64,000 bases of DNA from an uncultured Gemmatimonadales bacterium (lineage in GTDB: Bacteria; Gemmatimonadota; Gemmatimonadetes; Gemmatimonadales; GWC2-71-9): the NCBI GenBank assembly GCA_963795085.1, contig CAWCFX010000004.1:288001-352000 (forward strand), in the 5' to 3' direction. Below, piece by piece: positions 1 through 9,299 of the stretch. The notes under the pieces were generated by a model, which was given only the letters and a program-made list of their open reading frames with translations, was not told the DNA's origin and did not search any database. Every line of letters begins with the position of its first letter. Position 1 is the stretch's first letter. The position numbers and the translations under genes were made by a program.

Positions 1-560
1 CCCGATGGTGGCGGACGCCCCGGGAGCCCGCGCCAGGCCAGGACGGCCACGGCTGCCGCCAGGGAGAGGGCCGCCGGAATCCATTGCCGGCGCCGTGGCT
101 CGGGCAGCGTGGCATCCAGCGCGAACGCCAGCGCGCCCAGGACCCCGGGCCAGGGGCTTCCCGATTCGTACATGACCCAGCCCAGCAGGAGGAGGGCGGC
201 GGCGGAATCCAGCGGGGTGGCCGGAATTCCCACCGTGCGGTTGACGATCCGTACTGCCACGAGCACCGCGAAGGCGAGCAGCAGGCTGGAGGAGGGCCAC
301 GCCACGGACGCGGTCCACCCCAGCGCCATGGCGGCAAAGGCGGCGGGATTGTCATCGGGCGCCAGCTCCCGCGCCAGGGCCCACGCGACAAAGGCCGCCA
401 ACCCACCTCGAAAGCCGAATCGCAGGCTCTCCCAGAGGGAATGGGACTGCATCAGCCAGATCAGGCCGGCGACCGCGCCGGCCAGCGGAGCCAGCACCAA
501 GACGGCGAGATTGGTCGGGTAGCTCGGATCGAGCTTACGCCCGATGGCTGACCGGATGAT
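1..560 (-). CDS. Multi-pass membrane protein, partial (runs off the left edge); start uncertain
   Basis: Open minus frame IIRSAIGRKLDPSYPTNLAVLVLAPLAGAVAGLIWL...FVAWALARELAPDDNPAAF...VRIVNRTVG with several hydrophobic segments. The first TTG/GTG are at 500/497; the ATC codons at 560/557 overlap the upstream gene. Confidence 0.65.
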   Translation of the reverse strand, partial: MIRSAIGRKLDPSYPTNLAVLVLAPLAGAVAGLIWLMQSHSLWESLRFGFRGGLAAFVAWALARELAPDDNPAAFAAMALGWTASVAWPSSSLLLAFAVLVAVRIVNRTVGIPATPLDSAAALLLLGWVMYESGSPWPGVLGALAFALDATLPEPRRRQWIPAALSLAAAVAVLAWRGLPGRPPPS

Positions 561-1326
561 GGACCGTGTTGGTGAGGATGAAATCGTCTTTGTCCCGGTC
601 CCAGGTGTGTGTGTCCGTGACGATTTCGCCGGGGTGCACCCGGTGCACGAAGCAGGAGTTGGGCTCGCCGCGGGCCCGGGTCGAGGTCGTCGTCCCGGCC
701 TGGAAAACGGGGACGTGATAATCGGGGACCTGGTAGCGGGCGGTGTTACCGACATAGGCCAGGTGAAGGTGGCCGGCAAGAAACATATCTATGCCGAGGC
801 GGGCGAACACCGGCATGGCTGTTTCGATCCCGTCCACCACCTCGACACCCTCGAGGCCTTCGGGCAGGTCGAAGGGATGGTGCCCGACCAGGATCTTCAC
901 CTGGCCGGCCAGCTTCCTCACGTCGGCTTCAAGGTAACGCAGCTGCTCGGCGCTGATGGCGCCACCCTTGATCACCAGTGACCGGGCGGTGTTGACGGTG
1001 AGCACCGCGATCTCCTCGTCCACATAGCGGGGCGAGAGGTCAGGCGTGATCAGCCGCCGGTAGCGATCCAGCGGGTGCAGCAGCCGGCGATACAGGTTGT
1101 AGGCCGGGACATCGTGGTTACCGGGGGTGACGACCTGGGGCTGGGGCAGCGAATCGAGAAAGGCCCGGGCCGCGAGAAACTGGTGCTCCCGCGCCCGCTG
1201 GGTCAGGTCGCCGGAAACGACGACCACGTCCGGCCTCAGGGCATGGGCCAGCCGGCGCAGCGGATCCAGCGTCGGGAGATAGATCATCCCGAAGTGCAGG
1301 TCGGAGATGTGCAGGATGGTCCTCAT
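535..1326 (-). CDS. Calcineurin-like metallophosphoesterase (CpdA/Icc-like)
   Basis: Motifs HISDLHFG, SGDLT, PGNHD, GHHP, AGHLH. ATG at 1326 overlaps the stop of the upstream kinase (ATGA). Confidence 0.9.
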   Translation of the reverse strand: MRTILHISDLHFGMIYLPTLDPLRRLAHALRPDVVVVSGDLTQRAREHQFLAARAFLDSLPQPQVVTPGNHDVPAYNLYRRLLHPLDRYRRLITPDLSPRYVDEEIAVLTVNTARSLVIKGGAISAEQLRYLEADVRKLAGQVKILVGHHPFDLPEGLEGVEVVDGIETAMPVFARLGIDMFLAGHLHLAYVGNTARYQVPDYHVPVFQAGTTTSTRARGEPNSCFVHRVHPGEIVTDTHTWDRDKDDFILTNTVHHPVSHRA

Positions 1327-2216
1327 GCCGGACGCTCCCGGGGGACGACGACCTGGAGCGCGCCGGGATGAATCGCGTAGTGCAGCGGCGGTTTGAGAAT
1401 GGTGACCTCGCCATCCAGGGAGATCCGCAGGCGGCGGTGCCGGGCGTCGATCCAGCACTCGCTGGTGCGGAAGGCATCGAAGTCCTCCCCGGGCCGGACC
1501 TGGCCGAGCAGGGCCCGAATCGAAAACCAGATGAGACGGTAGCGCCCCTGGGCGCGGGGGATGTAAATGCAGAGCTGGCCCTGGTCCAGGGTCTCGCGGG
1601 CGGGCAGCCGTACCCCGTCAAAGAGATATTCGTTGTTCCCCACGAAGACCGCCGACGTCCGCCGGAGGACTTCCTGATCCTCGATGCTGACCTTGATGCC
1701 GAGCCGCTCGTAGTGGGCCAGCGCCTTGAGGGTAGCCCAGATGGCGGCAGGCCACTTGGCCAGGCCGTCCCGCTGCTTGAGCTCCCGGAGCCGGACGATC
1801 GAAGGATAGAGCCCCAGCCCGGAATTGTTGAGGAAGATACGATCGTTCACCTGGGCGTAGTCCACGCTCGCCAGGTTCCCCGCGGTGAGCACTTCGATGG
1901 CGGATTCGATTTCGAGCGGAATCCCCAGGTCCTTGGCGAAGTGGTTGAGGGTCCCCAGGGGAAGCACGCCGAGCGGCGTGCTGGAACCGGCGAGCGCGGC
2001 CGCGACCGAACTGATGGTGCCATCGCCGCCGCCGGCCACCACGATCCGGCTGCCCTCCTCCGCCGCGGCCCGGGCCAGGCCCGTGACATCAGATTCTCCG
2101 TCCATGAATACGATATCGGCGTCGTCGACGAGACTATGGATCAGGTGGGTCAGCCGGTCCCGGGCATCCTCGTCCTTGATACTGCCGGCGCGGCCGTTGA
2201 TCAGGAATCGAATCAT
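1323..2216 (-). CDS. Diacylglycerol/lipid kinase family protein (YegS/DAGK)
   Basis: INGRAG, AGGGDGT, LPLGTLNHFAKDLGIP, LDGE motifs; start MIRFLIN at 2216. Confidence 0.9.
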   Translation of the reverse strand: MIRFLINGRAGSIKDEDARDRLTHLIHSLVDDADIVFMDGESDVTGLARAAAEEGSRIVVAGGGDGTISSVAAALAGSSTPLGVLPLGTLNHFAKDLGIPLEIESAIEVLTAGNLASVDYAQVNDRIFLNNSGLGLYPSIVRLRELKQRDGLAKWPAAIWATLKALAHYERLGIKVSIEDQEVLRRTSAVFVGNNEYLFDGVRLPARETLDQGQLCIYIPRAQGRYRLIWFSIRALLGQVRPGEDFDAFRTSECWIDARHRRLRISLDGEVTILKPPLHYAIHPGALQVVVPRERPA

Positions 2217-2340
2217 AGGGGTGGAGTATCCATCAAACCGGCCGGGGAGGATGTAACCGGGGTTACAGGGACGCGGCCTCGATCCTTTTGGCCCGTAATG
2301 ATTTATTATTCCCGGCCTGCCTCCCCCACACCGGACGTGT

Positions 2341-3690
2341 ATGGGCGTGATCCACCTCCAGACCGAGATCCCCGGCCCGGCCAGCCGTGCCCTGCTGGCC
2401 CGGCGGGAGCGCGCCGTGTCGCGGGCGGTGCCGGCGACCACCCCGCTGGCCATCGTGCAGGCCGACGGTGCGATGGTGACCGACGCCGACGGCAACCGGC
2501 TTATTGATTTCGGGGGCGGGATCGGCACCCTTAACATCGGCCACCGGCATCCCGGGGTCATTGCCGCCATCCGGGAGCAACTGGACCGCTATCTCCACCT
2601 GGCCTTTCCGGTGTCGACCTACGAACCCTACGTGGCCCTGGCCGAGCGGATGAACCGGGTGACCCCGGGCGCCCACGAGAAACGCACCCTCTTTCTCAAC
2701 AGCGGGGCGGAAGCGGTGGAGAACGCGGTCAAGGCGGCCCGCTTCTTCACCGGGCGGCAGGCCATCGTCTGCTTCGACCATGCCTTTCACGGGCGCACCA
2801 ACCTGGCCCTCGGCCTGACAGCCAAGGTGATGCCCTACAAGAAGGGATTCGGCCCGTTCGCGCCGGAGATTTACCGGATTCCCTTTCCGTACTGCTACCG
2901 CTGCCCGGTGGCGGTACGGCGGCCGGCGGGAACCGGTGAGGCCTGCTGCCAGGCCAGCCGGACGTACCTGGACCAGCTGTTCGCCGGCGGGGTTGATCCG
3001 GGTTCGGTGGCGGCCATCGTCATGGAACTGGAACTGGGCGAGGGCGGGTTCGTGCCGGCGCCTGCCGAGTACGTCCGGGAACTGGCCGGGTTCGCGAAGG
3101 CGAACGGCATCCTGTTCATCGCCGACGAAATCCAGACCGGTTTCGGCCGCACCGGCAGGATGTTCGCGTCCGAACACTATGGCCTGGTGCCGGACCTCAT
3201 CGTCACCGCAAAATCGCTGGCGGGCGGGTTGCCGCTGGCCGCGGTGACCGGCCGCGCCGACATCCTTGATGCGCCGCAGGTCGGCGGCCTCGGCGGCACT
3301 TACGGCGGTAATCCCCTGTCCTGCGCGGCGGCGATCGCCGTGCTCGACGCGATGGAATCGGAGCAGATTACCGAGCGGGGCGCCCGGGCAGGCCAGCGGA
3401 TCCGGGAGCGGTTCCAGCGCTGGGCGGCCACTGATCCCGGTATCGGCGACGTCCGGGGCCTCGGCGCAATGATGGCGCTGGAACTGGTGCGCGACCCGGT
3501 CACCCGGGAACCGGACAAGGAACGCACCGGCCGGGTGCTTACCGAAGCACTGTCGCGAGGCGTGATCCTCCTCTCGGCCGGGACCTTTGGCAACGTGATC
3601 CGGGTGCTGGTGCCCCTCACCGTGAGCGACGACATCCTGGAGGAAGGCCTGGCGGTCATGCAGCAGGCGCTGGAGGCCACGCGGGGATGA
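2341..3690 (+). CDS. gabT: 4-aminobutyrate--2-oxoglutarate aminotransferase (class III PLP)
   Basis: DFGGGIG, NSGAEAVENAVK, HAFHGRT, IADEIQTGFGRTG, AKSLAGG (PLP Lys), GGTYGGNP. Confidence 0.88.
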   Translation: MGVIHLQTEIPGPASRALLARRERAVSRAVPATTPLAIVQADGAMVTDADGNRLIDFGGGIGTLNIGHRHPGVIAAIREQLDRYLHLAFPVSTYEPYVALAERMNRVTPGAHEKRTLFLNSGAEAVENAVKAARFFTGRQAIVCFDHAFHGRTNLALGLTAKVMPYKKGFGPFAPEIYRIPFPYCYRCPVAVRRPAGTGEACCQASRTYLDQLFAGGVDPGSVAAIVMELELGEGGFVPAPAEYVRELAGFAKANGILFIADEIQTGFGRTGRMFASEHYGLVPDLIVTAKSLAGGLPLAAVTGRADILDAPQVGGLGGTYGGNPLSCAAAIAVLDAMESEQITERGARAGQRIRERFQRWAATDPGIGDVRGLGAMMALELVRDPVTREPDKERTGRVLTEALSRGVILLSAGTFGNVIRVLVPLTVSDDILEEGLAVMQQALEATRG

Positions 3691-4550
3691 AGAAGCTCCG
3701 GTTCTGGCACTACCTCAAGGCGGCCTTCAACGCACGGCCCTTCGGCATGCTGGTGCCGCCCAACTGGATCGGGCTGGCGCTGTTCGGCCTGCTGGGACTG
3801 ATGAACCCCGGCTTCTGGGTAATCGGGGCGGGACTGGAGCTGGGATACCTGGGCGTGCTGATCACCAGCGGCCGTTTCCAGCGCGCGGTCGCCGCGCGGC
3901 ACAACTCGGCCACAACCGACCAATGGGGCGGCCGGGTGGAGGAACTGGTGGGCCAGCTCAGCGAAGCCGACCAGCGGAAATACGTCGCCCTGCTGGCCCG
4001 CTGCCGCTCCATCCTCGAGCAGCAGGGCCAGGGCGCGGAAACGAGCCTGGTCCAGGGCCTGGAAAGCCAGAACACCAGCCTCAGCCGGCTGGCCTGGCTC
4101 TATCTCCGGCTGCTGCTGATGCGCCGGGCTATCGACAAGGTGCTGGTGGACGACGGCGACCCGGGGAACCGGCACCTTTCCGATCGGATCACCACGCTGG
4201 AAAAGCGGCTGGCCGACGAATCGATCGGCGAAGACCTGCGCCGGAGCCTGGGCGGTCAACTGGCGATCCTGCAGCAGCGGATGGCCCAGCGCACCGAAGG
4301 CGCGGAGAAGATGGCCTTCCTCGACGCCGAGCTGACCCGGATCCATGAGCAGGTGGAACTGATCCGGGAACAGGCGGTGCTGTCCACCGACCCGGACCTC
4401 CTGTCGCAGCGCATTGACGAGATCACGACGACGCTGGGCGGTACCTCCCAGTGGATCCGCGACCAGCAGCAGGTGTACGGCGTCCTGCAGGACCTGGCCG
4501 CCGAGCCTCCACTCCTACCGCTCCGATCCCGGGGCAAAGCGAGCCAGTGA
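3687..4550 (+). CDS. Membrane-anchored coiled-coil protein (2 N-terminal TM segments), first gene of the PspA/AAA operon
   Basis: Hydrophobic N-terminus followed by a long helical/coiled-coil region; ATGA overlap with gabT and GTGA overlap with the ATPase gene. Confidence 0.8.
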   Translation: MKKLRFWHYLKAAFNARPFGMLVPPNWIGLALFGLLGLMNPGFWVIGAGLELGYLGVLITSGRFQRAVAARHNSATTDQWGGRVEELVGQLSEADQRKYVALLARCRSILEQQGQGAETSLVQGLESQNTSLSRLAWLYLRLLLMRRAIDKVLVDDGDPGNRHLSDRITTLEKRLADESIGEDLRRSLGGQLAILQQRMAQRTEGAEKMAFLDAELTRIHEQVELIREQAVLSTDPDLLSQRIDEITTTLGGTSQWIRDQQQVYGVLQDLAAEPPLLPLRSRGKASQ

Positions 4551-6298
4551 CCACTCCGCCGCTTCCCGCGGGCGCTCCGAACGGGACCGCGCTGCCGCCC
4601 TGGGCCGCCGAAATGCGGGACCTGTTCCGGTCCGGCTCGGTGGCGCAGTTCATCGTGCACGGCAACATCTTCGATGTGGTTCCGGCGGGCGGCAAGTTGT
4701 ATCCGCTCAAGCGGTTCATGGAAGAAGTGATGTTCGAGGTGTACGACGTGGTGCTGACCTACGACCGGGGCCGGGGTATTCGCGCCGCCCGGGGCGGCGA
4801 GGACTGGGGCGACTGGCTCAAGGGCGCCGTCGGGATGGATGGCAGCATGCTGGCCCAGCTCCGGGAGCCGGGCCCGGCGCTGGAACTGCTCGACCGGTAC
4901 CTGCTCAGGTCGCTCAACCTCCAGGCGCTCAAAGGCGGCGCCAGCGGCGCGCCCCGGATCGCGGTGGTCATCGATTTCGCCGAGTTCGTGGTGCCCCGGG
5001 GAGACGCGCTGGCACTGGGAGGGCCGTTCAGCGCCAACGTCGTGAAGACCCTGGGCTGGGCCAACGATCCGGCGGTGCTGCAGTCGAACATCATCACCGT
5101 GCTGCTCACCGAGGAGGCGGGGGATCTCAATGAGCTGGTCATGGAGAATCCCCACCAGGCCACCCTGCGCATTCCGCTCCCGGGCGAAGCCGACATGCTG
5201 GAGTACGTGAACACGCTGGCCGCCACCCAGTTTCCGGAACTGGCCGCGAAGTCGGAGGTCCCGCTGGAGGTGCTGGCCCGGCGGCTCACCGGGTTGAGCC
5301 GGATCGGCGCTAGGACAGTGATCGCCCTGGCCCTGCGCAACCACCGCACGATTACGGCGGCCTGGCTGGCCCAGATGAAGAAACAAATGATCGAACGGGA
5401 GTGCCAGGGCCTGCTCGATTTCGTGGAGTCGCCGTTCACCCTGGATCATGTGGCCGGCCACGAGCCGGTCAAGGTCTGGCTCCGGGAGGATACCCTGCTA
5501 CTCAAGCGGGGCGCTCTCCATGCGCTGCCCATGGGGTACCTGATCACCGGCCGGATCGGGACCGGCAAGACCTTCCTGGTGCAGGCCTGGGCCGGGGAGC
5601 TGGGGATCCCCTGCGTGGTCTTCAAGAACTTTCGCGACCGCTGGGTGGGGGCCACCGAATCCAACCTGGAAAAGATCTTCGCGGTCCTCCGGGCGCTGGG
5701 CCAGGTCGTCGTTTTCGTGGACGAGGCCGATCAGGCGGCCGGCAAGCGGGAGGGCGGCGACGGGGACAGCGGGCTCTCCGGCCGGGTCTATTCCATGCTG
5801 GCCAAGGAGATGTCGGACACCCGGAACCGGGGGCGGATCATCTGGGTCTTCGCGACATCGCGCCCCGACCTGCTGGAGGTGGATCTCAAGCGGCAGGGCC
5901 GGCTCGACGTCCATATCCCGCTCTTCCCGCCCCAGACCCGGGACGAACGGCGTGCCCTGCTGCTCGCGGTCGCCCGCAAGCTCAAGGTCCCGGTGACGGA
6001 GGCTGACCTGCCGCCGCTGCCGGAGAACCAGGACCTGGGCGGCAACGAACTGGAAGGGATCCTGGTGCGGGCGCTCCGGGTCCTTGAGCTGGCCCCGGAG
6101 CCGCGGCCGCCGCTCAAGGACATCCTGGCCCAGGTGTTCAGCGAGGTGCGGCCCAGCGCCCATACCCGGAAACTGGAGTACATGGACCTCGTCGCGGTGA
6201 AGGAATGCACCGACGCCCGCTTCCTCCCCCTTCGCTACCGCGACATGGCGCCGGAGGAAATCGAGCGGCAGATTGATGAACTCCGGCGGTTTATCTGA
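4547..6298 (+). CDS. Classical-clade AAA+ ATPase with a degenerate N-terminal AAA-like domain
   Basis: Walker A GRIGTGKT, pore loop DRWVGATESN, Walker B VVVFVDEAD, SRH-like TSRPDLLEVDLKRQGRLD; N-terminal degenerate Walker B (AVVIDFAE). GTG start at 4547. Confidence 0.9.
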   Translation: MTTPPLPAGAPNGTALPPWAAEMRDLFRSGSVAQFIVHGNIFDVVPAGGKLYPLKRFMEEVMFEVYDVVLTYDRGRGIRAARGGEDWGDWLKGAVGMDGSMLAQLREPGPALELLDRYLLRSLNLQALKGGASGAPRIAVVIDFAEFVVPRGDALALGGPFSANVVKTLGWANDPAVLQSNIITVLLTEEAGDLNELVMENPHQATLRIPLPGEADMLEYVNTLAATQFPELAAKSEVPLEVLARRLTGLSRIGARTVIALALRNHRTITAAWLAQMKKQMIERECQGLLDFVESPFTLDHVAGHEPVKVWLREDTLLLKRGALHALPMGYLITGRIGTGKTFLVQAWAGELGIPCVVFKNFRDRWVGATESNLEKIFAVLRALGQVVVFVDEADQAAGKREGGDGDSGLSGRVYSMLAKEMSDTRNRGRIIWVFATSRPDLLEVDLKRQGRLDVHIPLFPPQTRDERRALLLAVARKLKVPVTEADLPPLPENQDLGGNELEGILVRALRVLELAPEPRPPLKDILAQVFSEVRPSAHTRKLEYMDLVAVKECTDARFLPLRYRDMAPEEIERQIDELRRFI

Positions 6299-6356
6299 GG
6301 GGGCCGCCGCCCCCGGTCCACCCGTTTGCCCTTCTTAGCTCACAGGAGACTCTCTG

Positions 6357-7097
6357 ATGGCAATTTTCTCGAGGATCGGGCGCCTTTTCCGGGGCTTTGT
6401 CAGCCTGTTCATCAGCGGCATCGAGGAGCAGAACCCCGAGGCGCTGATGGAGGCGGCGAAACAGGATTTCCGCCAGAAGATGGTCCAGTACAACCTGGCC
6501 CTGGCCCGGATGGGGGGCGTGGCCGAGCGGCTCAAGAACCAGGTGAAGGGCAAGGTGATCCGGATCGGCGAGCTGGAGCGGCGGGTGATGGCCAATCACC
6601 AGGCCGGGAACCTCGAACTGGCGGGCAGCCTGGCCCGGGAACTCCAGGAACTCAAGACCGATGTCACGACCGATACTGACGAACTGAAGGAAACCGAGGA
6701 GGCGTACCAGGCCAACCTCCGGCAGGCCAAGGTGGCCCAGAAAGATTTCGAGGACAAGATCCGCCGGCTGGATAAGCAGCTCTCCCAGGTCAAGATCAAG
6801 GAAGCGCAGGCCGAGGCTGCGGCGGCCCTGGGGAACGCGGCCTTCAAAGTCGGCGATCTGGGCGATACGATGAAAACGGTCGAGGATGCGCTGCAGAAGC
6901 GGTACGAGGTCTCGGCCGGCAAGGCCCGCCTCGCGAAGGACCTGGTGGACATGGACCGGGTGCAGGAGAAAGAGGGCGAGCGTAAGGCGCTGGAACAGGC
7001 AGCCCTGGCCGACTTCCTGGCCTCCCAGGGCATCCAGGCCAGCGGGACCGCGGCGCCCCAGCCGACCGAGAAAGAGATCGGGCCGAAGGGAAGCTGA
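6357..7097 (+). CDS. PspA/IM30 (Vipp1, ESCRT-III superfamily) protein
   Basis: Amphipathic N-terminus MAIFSRIGRLFRGF..IEEQNPEALMEAA, long helical hairpin, 246 aa; SD AGGAG upstream. Confidence 0.85.
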   Translation: MAIFSRIGRLFRGFVSLFISGIEEQNPEALMEAAKQDFRQKMVQYNLALARMGGVAERLKNQVKGKVIRIGELERRVMANHQAGNLELAGSLARELQELKTDVTTDTDELKETEEAYQANLRQAKVAQKDFEDKIRRLDKQLSQVKIKEAQAEAAAALGNAAFKVGDLGDTMKTVEDALQKRYEVSAGKARLAKDLVDMDRVQEKEGERKALEQAALADFLASQGIQASGTAAPQPTEKEIGPKGS

Positions 7098-7158
7098 CGG
7101 GATGTCAGTCCGCTGATGTCAGATCGCAGAGTGAAACCATCCACGCCAGGAGCCTCCT

Positions 7159-8805
7159 GTGGCCGGTGAACCGCGGGTCACCCCGTTTGGCAAGCTGATC
7201 TCCCTTCTCCTCGTGCTCGGTGTAGTGGCGGTGGGGATCTACATGGTCAAGGGCAAGAGCGGGGGGTCTTCGTCCGGCGAGCGCGAGGAGAGCGGGCCCG
7301 CCGAAGTCGCGCAGCTGCAGGTGGAGGTGCCGCGGCTGGCGCCCCCGGCCGCCCACCAGCTCCAGGACAAGACCGTCCCCATCGAAATCAGCGAGTATGC
7401 CGGCTATGCCGGCCTGATCGCGGCCAACGGCGGCCTGGCGCCCAACGAGAACTCGGTCTTCTACCGGAACGGCGGGTTCAAGGTCCGGCTCACGGTGAGC
7501 GAGGAAGAGAGCTGGTCGGCGCTCAACTCGGGCGCCCTCGCCGGCTCGGTCACGACGGTGGACGTGCTGGCCGTCTATGGCCGCCAGTTCCAGGTCACGG
7601 TGCCGGCCCAGATCGGATACTCGCGCGGCGCCGACGGGCTGGTGGTCCGCAGCGAGATCGGTCGGGTCAACGCCCTCCGCGGCAAGGTGATCGCCGCGGC
7701 CCAGTTTACCGAGGTCGATTTCTTCATCCGCTACCTGGCCCAGGAGGCCGGGCTGGGCGTCAATGCGCTGCCCAGCCTGGACGCAACGCCGGATCCCACC
7801 CGGATCAACCTGGTTTACACCGAGGACGGCTTCAGCGCGGGCGACCTCTTCCTTCAGGACCTCACCTCGGGCGCCAACCGGCTGGCGGGCTGCGTCACCT
7901 GGGAGCCCAAGACCTCCGAAGTGGTAGAACGGAGCGGGGGGCAGGCCAGGGTCCTCACCACCAACAAGAACCTGCTGATCGTCGCCGACATCCTGGTGCT
8001 GAACCGCGGGTTCGCCGACCAGAACCCCCAGATTGTCGCCGGATTGGTCCGGGGACTGCTGGAAGGGAACCGCATGGTGCGGGATGACCCGGAAGCCCAC
8101 CTGGATGTGATTGCCCGCGCCTTCAAGTGGAGCCGGGAGGATGCCCGGAGCGAACTGGCCAAGGTCCACCTGTCCAACCTGCCGGAGAACCTGGCATTCT
8201 TCAGCGGAGCCATCGATGCGGCAGGCAGCTTCGGCGGTATTTACCAGTCGGCGGTGCTGGCCTATGGCTCCGGACTGATCAAGGACCCGGTGGACGCGGA
8301 GCGCTTCATGGACCTCGCCGCGCTCAACGCGGCGAAACAGTCCGGCGCCTTTGCCGAGCAGGCGGTCGCCATCGCGCCGATCCGGTCGGGAACCCGGGGC
8401 ACCGTCGAGACCGACCCGCTCCTGAGCAAGGACATCCGGTTCCTCTTTCAGCCCAACTCGTCGGTCCTCGACCTGGAGAACCAGGACAACCTGGCCAATC
8501 TGGACGCCATCAAGCGGCTGCTGCAGGTGAGCCCGGGATCCACCATCCTGCTCCGGGGCCATGTGGACAATGCCCTGGTCGCCCAGTTCCGGCAGCAGGG
8601 CGGCGAGTCCTTCGTGCGGCAGATGGCGCTCAAGGCGGTGGAACTGAGCAAGAACCGCGCGGCGGAGATCCGCCGGGTGCTCACCGAGCGGCTCCGGGTG
8701 GATCCCAAACGGCTGGAAGTAGTGGGCCGCGGCTGGGAAGAGCCAGCCGGCACCGACTCGGAGCAGAACCGGCGGGTCGAAGTGCAGTGGTTCACGGTCG
8801 AGTAG
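7159..8805 (+). CDS. Membrane-anchored type II periplasmic binding protein (NMT1/SsuA-like) fused to a C-terminal OmpA-like peptidoglycan-binding domain
   Basis: N-terminal TM; binding-protein motifs GYSRGADGLVV and VTWEP; OmpA-C motifs GHVD, LSKNRA, VGRGWEEP, NRRVEV. Confidence 0.85.
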   Translation: MAGEPRVTPFGKLISLLLVLGVVAVGIYMVKGKSGGSSSGEREESGPAEVAQLQVEVPRLAPPAAHQLQDKTVPIEISEYAGYAGLIAANGGLAPNENSVFYRNGGFKVRLTVSEEESWSALNSGALAGSVTTVDVLAVYGRQFQVTVPAQIGYSRGADGLVVRSEIGRVNALRGKVIAAAQFTEVDFFIRYLAQEAGLGVNALPSLDATPDPTRINLVYTEDGFSAGDLFLQDLTSGANRLAGCVTWEPKTSEVVERSGGQARVLTTNKNLLIVADILVLNRGFADQNPQIVAGLVRGLLEGNRMVRDDPEAHLDVIARAFKWSREDARSELAKVHLSNLPENLAFFSGAIDAAGSFGGIYQSAVLAYGSGLIKDPVDAERFMDLAALNAAKQSGAFAEQAVAIAPIRSGTRGTVETDPLLSKDIRFLFQPNSSVLDLENQDNLANLDAIKRLLQVSPGSTILLRGHVDNALVAQFRQQGGESFVRQMALKAVELSKNRAAEIRRVLTERLRVDPKRLEVVGRGWEEPAGTDSEQNRRVEVQWFTVE

Positions 8806-9251
8806 CGGGTGCCCGGTCCTGGCGGTCGCCCTCGTAAGCGCGTTGGAGCACCCGCGGACATCGTGATTGATCTCCGCCACCGCACTCACGGCCGATCCGG
8901 TGGGTGATCCGGTTGCCCTTCCGTTCGCCTCCGGTTGAGACCAGACGTCCCACCGGTTTCACGCCGCGTAGACAGAGACCCAGGCCACCCGGGCCTGGGT
9001 GGCCGGCTTCACCCGGGCAAAGACCCGGCGGCGGTACAGGGGCACGAGGGTTTTTACCGGCGACATGGTGACATCGGGCCCCAGCCCCAGGGCGACCGTC
9101 AGCAATGCATCGAGGATCGGCCGGAGCGCGGCCTCCTTTCCCGAGAACATCGCCTCTACCCGGGCGCGTCGAGGAGATACCGGGCCGCATCCGCCGCGGT
9201 GCCCATCCGCCGAATGCCGGGATGCAGGGTGTACGGGTAAACAGGATCCAT
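8792..9251 (-). pseudogene. Degraded DUF5655-like gene with 4 frameshifts
   Basis: Joining frames gives MDPVYPYTLHPGIRRM...RYLLDAP-VEAMFSGKEAALRPILDALL...SPVKTLVPLYRRRVFARVKPATQARV-LGLCLRG...GRLVSTGG..KGNRITHRI-VSAVAEINHDVRG-LQRAYEGD. Shifts near 9160, 8985, 8890 and 8850. Family assignment is from recall. Confidence 0.7.
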
Positions 9252-9299
9252 GCCGTCTCGCTGGATGATGTGTGCGCCTCCCCCGTCGGAGAGGACCGC

